DNA of 32,000 bases from Geotalea daltonii FRC-32. Lineage in GTDB: Bacteria; Desulfobacterota; Desulfuromonadia; Geobacterales; Geobacteraceae. A model generated the notes under the pieces. That model searched no databases. It saw nothing but the letters and a program-made list of their open reading frames with translations, and had not been told where the DNA came from. The position numbers were made by a program, and so were the translations under genes. Below are positions 1 to 9,131 of the stretch, in pieces; within the stretch, counting starts at the first letter, position 1, and the number at the start of each line of letters is the position of its first letter. The stretch is taken from positions 2,340,001 through 2,372,000 of the forward strand of contig NC_011979.1 of NCBI RefSeq assembly GCF_000022265.1, read 5' to 3'.

Positions 1-221
1 CCTTTCCCGATCACTCGGGTTACGGGGAGGAGGAAATCGCCGCCCTTTCCCGGCTTGTGGCTGCTTCCCGCTCCGAATATCTCATAACGACCGAAAAAGA
101 TGCCGTCAAACTCCATTCCCATATCTCCAGGCTGGGAAACGTTTATGTGACTCCGCTGGAGCTGCGTTTTTCCGACCCCCAAATTTTGGAAGCTCAGCTG
201 GACACCCTCTTCAGGAGGTAA
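1..221 (+). CDS. lpxK: tetraacyldisaccharide 4'-kinase, C-terminal fragment (5' end outside window)
   Basis: The frame starting at nt 3 is open to TAA at 219-221. The translation FPDHSGYGEEEIAALSRLVAASRSEYLITTEKDAVKLHSH... carries the FPDH ... TEKDAVK C-terminal signature of LpxK. A YcaR/Trm112-type gene follows directly, as in the E. coli lpxK-ycaR arrangement. Confidence 0.6.
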   Translation, partial: FPDHSGYGEEEIAALSRLVAASRSEYLITTEKDAVKLHSHISRLGNVYVTPLELRFSDPQILEAQLDTLFRR

Positions 222-227
222 ATTTTG

Positions 228-398
228 ATGACAATTTCCCAAGAGCTGCTCAGTATTCTCGCCTGTCCGAACTGCAAGGGTGAGCTTGTTCTTTTGGCCG
301 ACGGTTCCGGCCTGGTCTGCGAAGCTTGCCGCCTCAGGTATCCCGTTCGTGACGGCATACCGGTGATGCTGGTGGACGAGGCGGAGAAGCTGGATTAA
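228..398 (+). CDS. Trm112/YcaR (UPF0434) family small protein, 56 aa
   Basis: ATG 228 to TAA 396-398, read by hand because it falls below the ORF-track length cutoff. The translation is [56 protein letters not shown]. It shows the CPxC ... C..C zinc-ribbon-like spacing and the P.RDGIPV.L motif typical of YcaR/Trm112. The ATG lies 7 nt after the lpxK stop. Confidence 0.75.
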   Translation: MTISQELLSILACPNCKGELVLLADGSGLVCEACRLRYPVRDGIPVMLVDEAEKLD

Positions 399-431
399 CG
401 GCTGAAACAATTGAATTATTGAAGGAAGTAC

Positions 432-1625
432 ATGAAAACAAAGATTATTGCGGTCGTGGTTGTTTTAGCCCTTGCGGTTCTGGCGGCTGTCTTCATACCC
501 AGGAAACCACCGGCATCCGACTATCGCCTGGCAAAGGTCGAGAAAGGATCGATCGTCTCCAATGTATCGGCAACCGGCACCCTTGCCGCAGTTGTTACGG
601 TGCAAGTGGGTACCCAGGTTTCCGGTACCATCAGCAGACTTTTTGTCGACTTCAACTCGCCGGTGAAGAAGGGGCAGGCCATCGCCCAGATAGATCCTGC
701 CCTCTTCAGTGCCAGAGTCGAAGAATCCAGGGGCAACTACATCAGCGCCCAGGCTAATCTTGACAGAGCAAAGGCCGAAATGGTGGACGCCAGGAGGGCT
801 CTGGAGCGTAACCGCCAGTTGATCAAGGATGGCATCCTGGCCCAGAGTGAATTCGACACGGCCGATACCAGATATAAGCAGGCCCTGGCAGCAGTAAAGG
901 CTGCCGAGGGCAGCATTTCCCAGACCCGCGGATCTTACAGCCAAGCCCAAACGAACCTGAAATATGCCACCATTACCTCGCCTGTGGATGGAATCGTCGT
1001 TTCCCGCAACGTGGATGTGGGCCAGACTGTTGCCGCCTCGTTCCAGACACCCACCCTGTTCACCATCGCCCAGGATCTTACAAATATGAAGATCGACACC
1101 AGTGTCGACGAGGCCGATATCAGCAGGGTCATGGTCGGTCAGCCGGTAACCTTCACCGTTGATTCCTACCCCAAGAACAATTTTCCCGGCAAGGTTACCC
1201 AGATCCGGAATGCGCCGATCATCAACCAGAATGTCGTCACCTACACGGTGGTGATCGGTGTGGACAACAAGGAACTCAAGCTGAAACCTGGAATGACTGC
1301 CAATGTTACCATCGAGACGGCGCGCAAGGATGATGTATTGAAAATTCCTTCTGCCGCCCTTCGTTTCAAGCCTAAATCTGCAAAAGAGGCCAAAGGAAAG
1401 CCTGACGGAAAGGGTGCGGGCAAAAAGAAAAGAGAAGGCGGCCCGGTGGTATATGTCCTTGGCCCTGAAAAAGAGCCGGTGCCGGTTTCTGTCGTGACAG
1501 GTATCGGTAATTCCGGCCATGTGGAGCTGGTGCAAGGCAACCTCAAGGAGAACGATGAGGTGATAATCGAGCAAGTTTCGACAAAGAAGAAAGCGAACGG
1601 GGGCGCCGGCTCGATGCCCATGTGA
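432..1625 (+). CDS. efflux transporter periplasmic adaptor subunit (HlyD/MacA-like membrane fusion protein)
   Basis: 397 aa with an N-terminal hydrophobic anchor (IIAVVVVLALAVLAAVF). It has a lipoyl/barrel-sandwich region (VQVGTQVSGTISRLFVDFNSPVKKGQAIAQIDP) and a coiled-coil hairpin segment. GAAGGAAG RBS upstream. It is followed by an ABC ATPase and an FtsX-type permease. Confidence 0.85.
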   Translation: MKTKIIAVVVVLALAVLAAVFIPRKPPASDYRLAKVEKGSIVSNVSATGTLAAVVTVQVGTQVSGTISRLFVDFNSPVKKGQAIAQIDPALFSARVEESRGNYISAQANLDRAKAEMVDARRALERNRQLIKDGILAQSEFDTADTRYKQALAAVKAAEGSISQTRGSYSQAQTNLKYATITSPVDGIVVSRNVDVGQTVAASFQTPTLFTIAQDLTNMKIDTSVDEADISRVMVGQPVTFTVDSYPKNNFPGKVTQIRNAPIINQNVVTYTVVIGVDNKELKLKPGMTANVTIETARKDDVLKIPSAALRFKPKSAKEAKGKPDGKGAGKKKREGGPVVYVLGPEKEPVPVSVVTGIGNSGHVELVQGNLKENDEVIIEQVSTKKKANGGAGSMPM

Positions 1626-1668
1626 TGGCAACTGTTATCCACAGGTTCCCAAAGGTTCTTTCCAAGAT

Positions 1669-2367
1669 ATGAACGATGTGGTCAAGGTCAGCAATGTGAC
1701 CAAGATATACAGTGTCGGCGAACAGCGGGTAGAGGCGCTCAAGGGTGTTTCCCTGACCGTCGTTCAGGGCGAATTCGTCGCTATCATGGGGGCTTCCGGC
1801 AGCGGAAAATCCACCTGCATGAATATCCTCGGCTGCCTTGATGTCCCTACCTCCGGCGAATATCTGCTGGATGGAATAAGCATCGGCAAGCTCTCCGGAA
1901 ACGATCTGGCCGAGATCAGGAACAGGAAGCTGGGCTTTGTTTTCCAGGGATTCAACCTGTTATCGCGTACCACTGCCCGGGAAAATGTTGAATTGCCGCT
2001 GGTTTATGCCAGGTGTCCGGCAGCAGCCAGAAAGGAAAGAGCCCTGGCGGCGCTTGACCAGGTAGGTTTGGCGGAACGGTCGAACCATTTCAGCAACCAG
2101 ATGTCCGGCGGACAGCAGCAGCGGGTTGCCATCGCCCGGGCACTGGTAACCGACCCGGCAATCATTCTGGCCGATGAACCGACCGGCAACCTGGACAGCA
2201 GGACCAGTGAAGAGATTATGGGGCTTTTCCAGGAACTGAACCTGCAGGGTATAACCATCATCATGGTGACCCACGAGCCCGATATCGCCGCCCATGCAAA
2301 GAGGCAGCTCACGTTCCGCGATGGGCAGATCATCGATGACCGGCCGAATCAACAGCTCAAGGTATAG
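1669..2367 (+). CDS. ABC transporter ATP-binding protein (MacB/LolD-type)
   Basis: Walker A GASGSGKST, ABC signature MSGGQQQRVAIARAL and Walker B ILADEPTGNLD are all read in the translation. Confidence 0.9.
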   Translation: MNDVVKVSNVTKIYSVGEQRVEALKGVSLTVVQGEFVAIMGASGSGKSTCMNILGCLDVPTSGEYLLDGISIGKLSGNDLAEIRNRKLGFVFQGFNLLSRTTARENVELPLVYARCPAAARKERALAALDQVGLAERSNHFSNQMSGGQQQRVAIARALVTDPAIILADEPTGNLDSRTSEEIMGLFQELNLQGITIIMVTHEPDIAAHAKRQLTFRDGQIIDDRPNQQLKV

Positions 2368-2371
2368 ACAT

Positions 2372-3598
2372 ATGGAGTTCTGGCAGTCGTTCAAAATAGC
2401 CTTGAGGGCGCTCCGGGTCAACAAGATGCGCTCCTTTCTCACCATGCTCGGCATCATCATCGGCATTGCCTCGGTAATAGCCATGGTGGCCATCGGTACC
2501 GGAGCCCAGAAGAAAATTTCCGAACAAATCGCCAGCATGGGCAGCAACCTTATTCTGATCATACCCGGATCCACAACCACTGCCGGGGTACGCGTCGGCT
2601 CAGGAGCCGCTCCCACCCTGACCTATGACGACGCCAGGGCCATAAGAGCTGAATGTCCCTCGGTGGAGGAAGCTGCACCAACCACCCGCGGCGGCGGGCA
2701 GGTGGTCTATGCCAATCAGAACTGGTCAACGGTGATAATGGGGATAACTGCAGATTTTCTGACGGTCAGGGAATGGCCGATCGCCGCGGGCCGCAATTTT
2801 ACCCAATCGGATGTGGACGGCATGACCAAGAACTGCATTATCGGCCAGACCATCGCCGATAATCTGTTCGGTTCCGTCGATCCCGTCGGCAAGGTCATTC
2901 GCATCAAGAAGGTCCCCTTCCTGGTGGTCGGCCTGCTGGAAAAGAAGGGACAGTCCCCCCAAGGAACGGACCAGGATGATGTGGTCAATATTCCCATCCG
3001 CACCGCCCAGCGCAAATTATTCGGCAGCCCATTTCCCAATGCCGTAAACTCGATCCTGATCCGGGCCACTGGCAGCGAAGATCTTTCACGGGCAGAAGAG
3101 GAGGTGACTGCACTTCTCAAACAGCGCCATCACATCGGTCCCAACAAGGAAAACGATTTTACCGTCCGTAACCTGACAGAGCTCCTTTCCGTGGCGTCAT
3201 CATCATCCCAGACCATGTCCATTCTCCTAGGAGCCGTAGCTTCAATTTCCCTGATCGTCGGCGGCATCGGCATCATGAACATCATGCTGGTGTCGGTGAC
3301 GGAGCGGACCCGGGAAATCGGCATCAGGATGGCCATCGGTGCCAAGCAGCGGGACATCCTGCTCCAGTTCCTCACCGAGGCTGTCCTGCTGACCTTTTTT
3401 GGCGGCGTTATCGGCATCGCCCTTGGAGTCGGCGGAGCAACGGCAGTTTCCAAGCTGGTGGGGTGGCCCACTCTCGTTTCCTTCCAGGCGATTGCCCTGG
3501 CTGTCTTCTTTTCTGCTGCAGTGGGTATTTTTTTCGGTTTTTACCCGGCAAAAAAAGCGGCTGCCCTCAATCCCATCGACGCATTGCGTTACGAGTAA
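2372..3598 (+). CDS. ABC transporter permease, MacB/FtsX family
   Basis: The start is placed at ATG 2372 (MEFWQSFKIALRALRVNKMRSFLTMLGIIIGIASV, the typical MacB_PCD/FtsX N-terminus), 5 nt after the ATPase stop. The track start at 2294 overlaps the ATPase gene. There is a large periplasmic domain and then a C-terminal FtsX-like 3-TM bundle ending NPIDALRYE. Confidence 0.85.
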   Translation: MEFWQSFKIALRALRVNKMRSFLTMLGIIIGIASVIAMVAIGTGAQKKISEQIASMGSNLILIIPGSTTTAGVRVGSGAAPTLTYDDARAIRAECPSVEEAAPTTRGGGQVVYANQNWSTVIMGITADFLTVREWPIAAGRNFTQSDVDGMTKNCIIGQTIADNLFGSVDPVGKVIRIKKVPFLVVGLLEKKGQSPQGTDQDDVVNIPIRTAQRKLFGSPFPNAVNSILIRATGSEDLSRAEEEVTALLKQRHHIGPNKENDFTVRNLTELLSVASSSSQTMSILLGAVASISLIVGGIGIMNIMLVSVTERTREIGIRMAIGAKQRDILLQFLTEAVLLTFFGGVIGIALGVGGATAVSKLVGWPTLVSFQAIALAVFFSAAVGIFFGFYPAKKAAALNPIDALRYE

Positions 3599-3740
3599 AA
3601 GGCCTGGAATCTGACAGAATTTCCCTCCCAAATCCTGCACCTTCGTCTTGCAATTACCTGTGAAATGTGGAAAAATGCGACGTTTGAGCCGATGGGTTCA
3701 CTGATTAACTTGAACCCGAAGTTGCTCCAAATGGTTTTAG

Positions 3741-4808
3741 GTGATGCTTATAAAAAACGAACAGAAAAAAATACTGGTGATGCGCTACAGGTTCATCGGC
3801 GATACCATTCTCACCGTCCCTTTCCTGCGCAACCTGCGCCGTGCCGAGCCCGACGCTTTTATCGCCTGGATGGTGGCCCCCGGTTCCTCGGAAGTCGTCA
3901 AAGGAATTCCTTATGTGGATGAGCTTATCTATTGGGACCCGGTGACGATTCATGCCGACAGCAGGGGGACGCACCGGACCCTGGCGTCGAAACTTGCTTT
4001 TTTCAAGGAGCTTCGCTCCAGGCATTTTGACAAAGTCTATGTGCTGAAACGTTCGTTTTCCAGTGCACTTTTGGCCTGGCTTTCTGGAGCGAAAGACCGC
4101 GTTGGATTTGATACTGAAGGGCGTGGTTTTCTGCTGACTGGAAGGGTGCCGTATCGTCACGATCAGCATGAGGTGCAGAACTTCCTGGATGTGCTGCGGG
4201 CCGACGGGGTGCCGGTTGCCGATGATCATCTGGAAGCCTGGATTTCTGCCGAAGAGCAACAGTTTGCCGACCAGTACATGGCTGAGCATGGCGTCGGTGC
4301 CGATGAACAGTTGCTGGCCGTTCATCCCTTTGCCGCTAATCCGGTACGAGGCTGGCACGAGGACAACTTTGTCGAGGTGGCGAACCGACTGCAGCGTCTA
4401 TACAAGGCACGAATCGTTCTTTTCGGCGGTGGCCGCGATGTGGAACGTGCACAATATATGCGCCAGCGTATTTCTCCCGAGCCGGTGATGGTCGTCGGCA
4501 GCACCACCCTGCGCCAAACAATGGCCATTCTTGCCCGATGTCAGCTTCTTGTTTGCAACGACAGCGGCATCATGCACCTGGGTGCGGCCCTTGGCGTACC
4601 TCTTGTGGCAATATTTGGCCCACAGTCGCCGGTAAAGTTTGGACCGTGGGGGAAGGGTTGTCGGGTCGAGTACAGTGAATTCAAGTGCAGCCCATGCCGG
4701 CAGAAATTTTTTACCGAATGTAAGCCCTCACCGCGGGGAAAGCCGGAATGCGTTGAAGCGGTGCAGATTGAGCAGGTTATCAAATGTGTGGCAGATGTAA
4801 GGAATTAA
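3741..4808 (+). CDS. glycosyltransferase family 9 (ADP-heptose:LPS heptosyltransferase, WaaF-like)
   Basis: KKILVMRYRFIGDTILTVPFLRNLR N-terminus. The segment FDKVYVLKRSFSSALLAWLSGAKDRVGF resembles E. coli WaaF. C-terminal CNDSGIMHLGAALGVPLVAIFGP motif. The exact start is ambiguous among GTG 3741, ATG 3744 and ATG 3780. Confidence 0.8.
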   Translation: MMLIKNEQKKILVMRYRFIGDTILTVPFLRNLRRAEPDAFIAWMVAPGSSEVVKGIPYVDELIYWDPVTIHADSRGTHRTLASKLAFFKELRSRHFDKVYVLKRSFSSALLAWLSGAKDRVGFDTEGRGFLLTGRVPYRHDQHEVQNFLDVLRADGVPVADDHLEAWISAEEQQFADQYMAEHGVGADEQLLAVHPFAANPVRGWHEDNFVEVANRLQRLYKARIVLFGGGRDVERAQYMRQRISPEPVMVVGSTTLRQTMAILARCQLLVCNDSGIMHLGAALGVPLVAIFGPQSPVKFGPWGKGCRVEYSEFKCSPCRQKFFTECKPSPRGKPECVEAVQIEQVIKCVADVRN

Positions 4809-4848
4809 GATGAAATCCCTTGTTATATGGCAGGTAGTGGCTTAGCCT

Positions 4849-5931
4849 ATGCGTCCTCTACTCATTATTGAGCCAAACCTGAGAGGCCTAAGTGGCCACT
4901 ATGGCGAGTTTGTTCGTGCGCTTGGTACGCATGCCGGTGAAAATGCCGTTGATGTGTTTGCCCATCCTCAGGCAGATGAAATGCTGGCTGCAATGAATGG
5001 TATCAGAGCCTGTACCGATGAGCCTCGAGTTGGTTGCCCGCTTGCAGAGTGGCGTATGATTGTACGCGCCGTCAGGGAGGACATTCCATTCCTGGTTCTG
5101 ACCTCAGACGGGCGCCATGCAGCTGCAGTTTCACTTGCCGCATTGCTTGCCAAACGTCAGCCAAAGCGGGCCCACCTCTATTTTCATCAGGCCCCTACGA
5201 AACCTAGGGATTCCTTCTTTTTAACCATGTCCGCAGCAGCACGCAAACATGCATCTGCCATTGCTCCCACGGCAAAAGTTGCCGATTCCCTCCGGGATAT
5301 GGGCTGGCAACATGTGGAATATGTTCCCTATCCGGCGCTTGCTGAGGAAAAACCACCGCAACCGGTTCCTTTTTCCCATTTGCTCATGGCTGGGGCTGCC
5401 CGTTTGAACAAGGGACTGGACCTTGTTGCCGATCTTGCTGGCCGGTGGGCAGGGGAAGGGCGTTCTCTTCCTCTTTGGGTACAGGTATCGAAGAAGCATG
5501 CAAAACGCCACGGGCATCGTGAGGTGGCTGTGGTTGAGGCGCTGCTCTCTTCTGGTTACAGTGGCCTTGTTGCCAGCGACAAGGCACCGGAACGCGCTGA
5601 GTATGTGGAGCGGTTTCACGGGGCACTGGTGCTTGCGCCCTATGAACGGGAACGTTTTTCAGAGGCGGTAAGTGGCGTAGTGCTTGATGCCCTGCTGCAT
5701 GGTGCGCCGGTCATTGCAACCAAAGGTACCTGGCCGGGTGCACAGGTGGAGCGATTTGGGGCGGGAGTAACCATAGAGGACCGTAGCGTAGCGGCACTTG
5801 CAACTGCCATTGATACCGTGCTTGCCAAATGGCCTGATTATACGGCCCGAGCATGCCAAGCGGCTGTGGTCCTTAAGCGGGAGCATGATCCCGAACGCCT
5901 TCTTACGTTGCTATCACTGTCAAAGGTTTAA
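4849..5931 (+). CDS. hypothetical protein, divergent GT-B-fold glycosyltransferase-like
   Basis: 360 aa ORF lying between two glycosyltransferase genes. Only the C-terminal stretch PYERERFSEAVSGVVLDALLHGAPVIATKG resembles the E..(F/G)...(L)(E/D)A...G.PVIA nucleotide-sugar-binding region of GT1/GT4 enzymes. The N-terminal half is not recognisable, and there is no strong RBS. Confidence 0.45.
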   Translation: MRPLLIIEPNLRGLSGHYGEFVRALGTHAGENAVDVFAHPQADEMLAAMNGIRACTDEPRVGCPLAEWRMIVRAVREDIPFLVLTSDGRHAAAVSLAALLAKRQPKRAHLYFHQAPTKPRDSFFLTMSAAARKHASAIAPTAKVADSLRDMGWQHVEYVPYPALAEEKPPQPVPFSHLLMAGAARLNKGLDLVADLAGRWAGEGRSLPLWVQVSKKHAKRHGHREVAVVEALLSSGYSGLVASDKAPERAEYVERFHGALVLAPYERERFSEAVSGVVLDALLHGAPVIATKGTWPGAQVERFGAGVTIEDRSVAALATAIDTVLAKWPDYTARACQAAVVLKREHDPERLLTLLSLSKV

Positions 5932-6029
5932 GCGGAACAGTTGGTAGCGATATAAATACTATAAAGGTTTTAACGGTAAGCGGGGCATTTGCATACCTGT
6001 CCAGCGGGCCGCATCATGGGAGATACGCA

Positions 6030-7112
6030 ATGAAAATGTTTTTTGTCAATAACGGCCGGGTCGCCAGTGGGGCAGAAGAACACCTACTGGACCTGGCACC
6101 CCCTTTTATTGCCAATGGGGTGGAACCGGTGTTCCTGGTGCGGGAAAATGGTAACCTTAAGGATAAACTTTGGGAGCGGGGATACAAGGTCTACACTGTT
6201 TTCAATAACAAGAACCTTTCACTCCCTTTTCGCATCGCCCGTCTCATTCGTCAGGAAGAGCCTGATGTCATATCGGTCAATCGTGAACACACAATTTATG
6301 CTGTTCTTGCAGGTTATCTTCTTGCTTTGCCATTTCTAAAAAATCGCCCAAAGCTGGTCAATGTCTTTCACACCCCAACGGGCAGATGGTATCCATTGCT
6401 AACCATGTTATTTGATGGAATCATCGCAACATCCCGTTACACTGCTCAATCTTTTTATCCCAAAAACAAGGGCATGGAGGAGATGACCACTATCATACAT
6501 TACGGCATTGAGCCCACGGCGGTTGATACACTGCAAAAATTTGATAGGGACCGGCCTCGTCGTATCTTTCCCGATCGCAAGTTCCCTATTATCGCCATGG
6601 TTGGCGAGCTTTGGAAAAACCAGGAAGAGCTTATCGACGCTGCGGTTTATCTGACCAAAGTTTTTCCCGACATCACCATTGCCATTGTTGGTGGTGGTGG
6701 CACTGCCCACCTGGAGGAGAAGATCCGCAACTTTGGCGTCGAAAAGAATTTCATCCTGACCGGAAGAATTCCGCGCGAAAAAGTTACAGATCTTTTTTAT
6801 GACTGTGATCTCTCTGTATCCACCCACCGCAACGAGGGTTTTGGCATTGTTCATATCGAATCCTTGGCCGCCGGTACGCCGGTGGTAGCCTACAACAGCG
6901 GCGGGCTGGTTGAAATCATCGAGAATGGTGGCGGAGTTCTTGTGGGGGGCGGGACCAGAGAATTTGCAGAAGCAATAATAGAACTACTGAAGAATGACGA
7001 GAAACGGTTTGCATTGGGGCGCCAGGGGAGGGAAGTCGTTGATCGTTACTTTACTCTGGATAAGATGAGTAGCGCCCATTTTGCCTATTACTCCAGATTG
7101 ATGGGGAATTGA
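6030..7112 (+). CDS. glycosyltransferase family 4 (Glycos_transf_1 domain)
   Basis: HRNEGFGIVHIESLAAGTPVVAYNSGGLVEII is the classical GT4 E-x7-E region. GGGAGA RBS before the ATG. Confidence 0.85.
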   Translation: MKMFFVNNGRVASGAEEHLLDLAPPFIANGVEPVFLVRENGNLKDKLWERGYKVYTVFNNKNLSLPFRIARLIRQEEPDVISVNREHTIYAVLAGYLLALPFLKNRPKLVNVFHTPTGRWYPLLTMLFDGIIATSRYTAQSFYPKNKGMEEMTTIIHYGIEPTAVDTLQKFDRDRPRRIFPDRKFPIIAMVGELWKNQEELIDAAVYLTKVFPDITIAIVGGGGTAHLEEKIRNFGVEKNFILTGRIPREKVTDLFYDCDLSVSTHRNEGFGIVHIESLAAGTPVVAYNSGGLVEIIENGGGVLVGGGTREFAEAIIELLKNDEKRFALGRQGREVVDRYFTLDKMSSAHFAYYSRLMGN

Positions 7113-7117
7113 GAACT

Positions 7118-7969
7118 ATGAATGCAGCAATTACACGTAAAATCTCCGTTATCGTTCCCACCTATAATCGGCCAGACTCACTATGGCTGTGTCTTTTAAG
7201 TCTCTCTGCTCAATCGGTGCTGCCTGATGAGGTTTTAATCGCTGATGACGGTAGTGGAGACGAAACCAAAGAAACCATAGAAAAGTTCAAGGCGTCATCC
7301 CATTGTCCCTTTTCTTTGAAACATGTTTGGCAGGAAGATGCCGGCTTCCGCAAGCCAAGAATCATAAATGAGACAGTCCGAACCGCTAGTGGTGATTACC
7401 TGGTTTTCATAGACGGCGATTGCCTTGCACATCGTCACTTTGTTAAATCTCACATCATGTATGCGGAACCTAAAGCTGTTCTTGGTGGTAAGCGTGCAGA
7501 AATAGGAAAAGAACTGACGGAGCAATTGCTTCGCCAGCGAAAACTTATCAATTCCATTGATCAAAAACTAATCTGGGATGGAATTTTTGGGAGCTCCCGC
7601 AAAATCGAGGAAGCTATCAGAATAAAATCGCCCATGCTACGACGACTACTGCACCGCGACCGAATCTGTGATGACGGTATTTGGGGGTGCAATTTCAGTA
7701 TAAGCAAGGAAGACTTTTACTTGATAAATGGGTCCGATGAAGATTTTCAAGATGGTTCCATTGAGGATAATGATCTGGGTATCCGGCTTCTCAATAATGG
7801 GGGGAAGGTTAAGTCAGTCCGTGCCTTGGCGATTGTATTTCACCTTTGGCATAAATCGTCCTGGAGTTTCAGCAATGAAAAATATATCGCCAATCATGAG
7901 ATCCTGAAACGGCGTATTGCCCTGAAGGAACCCAGGTGCATAAACGGCATCGTAAAGGCGACGCCATAG
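7118..7969 (+). CDS. glycosyltransferase family 2
   Basis: ISVIVPTYNRPDSLWLCLLSLSAQS ... LIADDGSGDET ... FIDGDC (DxD) motifs. C-terminal EDNDLGIRL segment as in GT2 proteins with a Glyco_transf_7C-like tail. The start is ATG 7118, or alternatively TTG 7109, which overlaps the upstream stop. Confidence 0.8.
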   Translation: MNAAITRKISVIVPTYNRPDSLWLCLLSLSAQSVLPDEVLIADDGSGDETKETIEKFKASSHCPFSLKHVWQEDAGFRKPRIINETVRTASGDYLVFIDGDCLAHRHFVKSHIMYAEPKAVLGGKRAEIGKELTEQLLRQRKLINSIDQKLIWDGIFGSSRKIEEAIRIKSPMLRRLLHRDRICDDGIWGCNFSISKEDFYLINGSDEDFQDGSIEDNDLGIRLLNNGGKVKSVRALAIVFHLWHKSSWSFSNEKYIANHEILKRRIALKEPRCINGIVKATP

Positions 7970-8133
7970 CAAGCCGGTAAAGGTTTTTGCCTTTTTCGAA
8001 ACTTCAAAATCATGTGGACATGCTCCTTAAAGAAATGATGTAGTTTCAGCTGTGTTTAGTGCTAACTGAGGCGCTGGACCAGATGAAAAAAGTGAGAGAT
8101 ACCACTCATGCACGATGTAATGGCACTTTGTAA

Positions 8134-9129
8134 ATGAATATACTCATCATCAAGCCAGGTGCTGTCGGTGACCTTCTTCAACTGACACCCGTCATGCGCA
8201 CCCTGAAGATCCGATTCCCGGACAGCCGCATTACTCTGCTCGTTGGTTCCATGGCCACTGCTGCCATGTTCAATCATAGTAACAATGTGGATAATATCGT
8301 TGTTTTTGACCGCAAAGGAGCTCATCGTTCTTGGCCGGCATTCCTCAACCTTTGCCGTCAAATTCATGCAGGCCGGTTTGACCTGATTGTCAATTTTCAG
8401 CGTAGCAATGTGAAGGCATGGTTGATTGCCATGGCAGCCTTTCCTTGCCGTATACTTGTCTATAAGAAGGCACGTGGAAGAACCGTGCACGCGGTGGTGA
8501 ATCATCTTGAGACCATTGTGCCCCTTGGTATTGATCTTGCCAATGCTGATCTTCATCTGGATATGCCGATTACCAGTGAAGAAATGGAAAAAGCGGAAAA
8601 ACTACTGATCCCGGCGGGATTCAGGCATAAGCCCTTGATTGCTTTAAACCCAGGTGCCAGTAACCGCATTAAGTGTTGGAGCACTAAAAAATTTGCCGAG
8701 CTCGGTGATCGCCTGATCGATGAACTTAAAGTAGATATAATTGTAGTTGGAGCTCCCGATGAACGGGATCTTGCTGAAGGGATCATAGCAGCAATGCGTA
8801 ACAAGCCTCTTGATCTCCTGGGTAAGACAAACCTCAGGGAACTGGGGGCACTGCTAGCCGCTTCCAACCTCCTCGTCAGCGGTGATACCGGCCCCATGCA
8901 CATGGCAACTGCGGTGGGGACGCCGGTGGTGGCACTTTTCGGCGCCATAGAGCCGTTACGGACCGGACCAGTGGGCAACGGACACACGGTGATCCGTCAT
9001 GGGGAGATCGACTGCGTACCCTGTAATGGGAAGAGATGCAAGAATCCCCATTACCTGGAATGCATGGAAAAAATAACCGTGGAAGAAGTCTTTGATGCGG
9101 TGGCTTCCATGCTGGCGGAAGGTAAGTAA
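8134..9129 (+). CDS. glycosyltransferase family 9 (heptosyltransferase family)
   Basis: MNILIIKPGAVGDLLQLTPVMRTLKIRFP N-terminus and SGDTGPMHMATAVGTPVVALFG C-terminal motif. It is preceded by a 164-bp gap, the largest spacer in the core region that contains no repeats. Confidence 0.8.
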   Translation: MNILIIKPGAVGDLLQLTPVMRTLKIRFPDSRITLLVGSMATAAMFNHSNNVDNIVVFDRKGAHRSWPAFLNLCRQIHAGRFDLIVNFQRSNVKAWLIAMAAFPCRILVYKKARGRTVHAVVNHLETIVPLGIDLANADLHLDMPITSEEMEKAEKLLIPAGFRHKPLIALNPGASNRIKCWSTKKFAELGDRLIDELKVDIIVVGAPDERDLAEGIIAAMRNKPLDLLGKTNLRELGALLAASNLLVSGDTGPMHMATAVGTPVVALFGAIEPLRTGPVGNGHTVIRHGEIDCVPCNGKRCKNPHYLECMEKITVEEVFDAVASMLAEGK

Positions 9130-9131
9130 CC

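Noticed and set aside
465-1631. A long minus-strand ORF (388 aa) antisense to the MacA-like gene. Similar antisense ORFs occur at 1960-2616, 3705-4358, 9051-9707, 10043-10645, 10742-11359, 12118-12654 and 13536-14192.
   Set aside because: Each is fully overlapped by a + strand gene with strong family motifs. Their translations are Arg/Gly/His/Pro-rich low-complexity strings, typical of shadow frames in GC-rich coding DNA. None shows a recognisable motif or an RBS.
2294-2371. Upstream start for the permease at 2294.
   Set aside because: It would overlap the ATPase gene by 74 nt. The conserved MacB/FtsX N-terminus begins at ATG 2372, 5 nt after the ATPase stop.
3694-3717. Hairpin GGGTTCA-N10-TGAACCC in the spacer between the ABC permease and the first GT9 gene.
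   Set aside because: It has a 7-bp stem with no following T-tract, so it is not a convincing intrinsic terminator. It is too short to assign any function from sequence alone.
5932-6029. A possible internal promoter (TTGGTA ... TATAAA) upstream of the GT4 gene.
   Set aside because: The spacing between the -35-like and -10-like hexamers is wrong: about 13 nt, or about 4 nt for the alternative hexamer. AT-rich hexamers in a 98-bp spacer are expected by chance.
7977-7999. A weak AAAGG-TTTTTG-CCTTT hairpin followed by TTTCG after the GT2 stop, as a possible terminator.
   Set aside because: The stem is only 5 bp and AT-rich. It may mark an operon boundary in the 164-bp gap, but the evidence is too thin to call.
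8121-8136. TGGCAC, which resembles a sigma-54 -24 element, upstream of the GT9 gene at 8134.
   Set aside because: No TTGC -12 element follows at the required 5-nt spacing (the sequence is TGGCAC TTTGT AAAT). The motif lies only 8 nt from the start codon, too close for a promoter.
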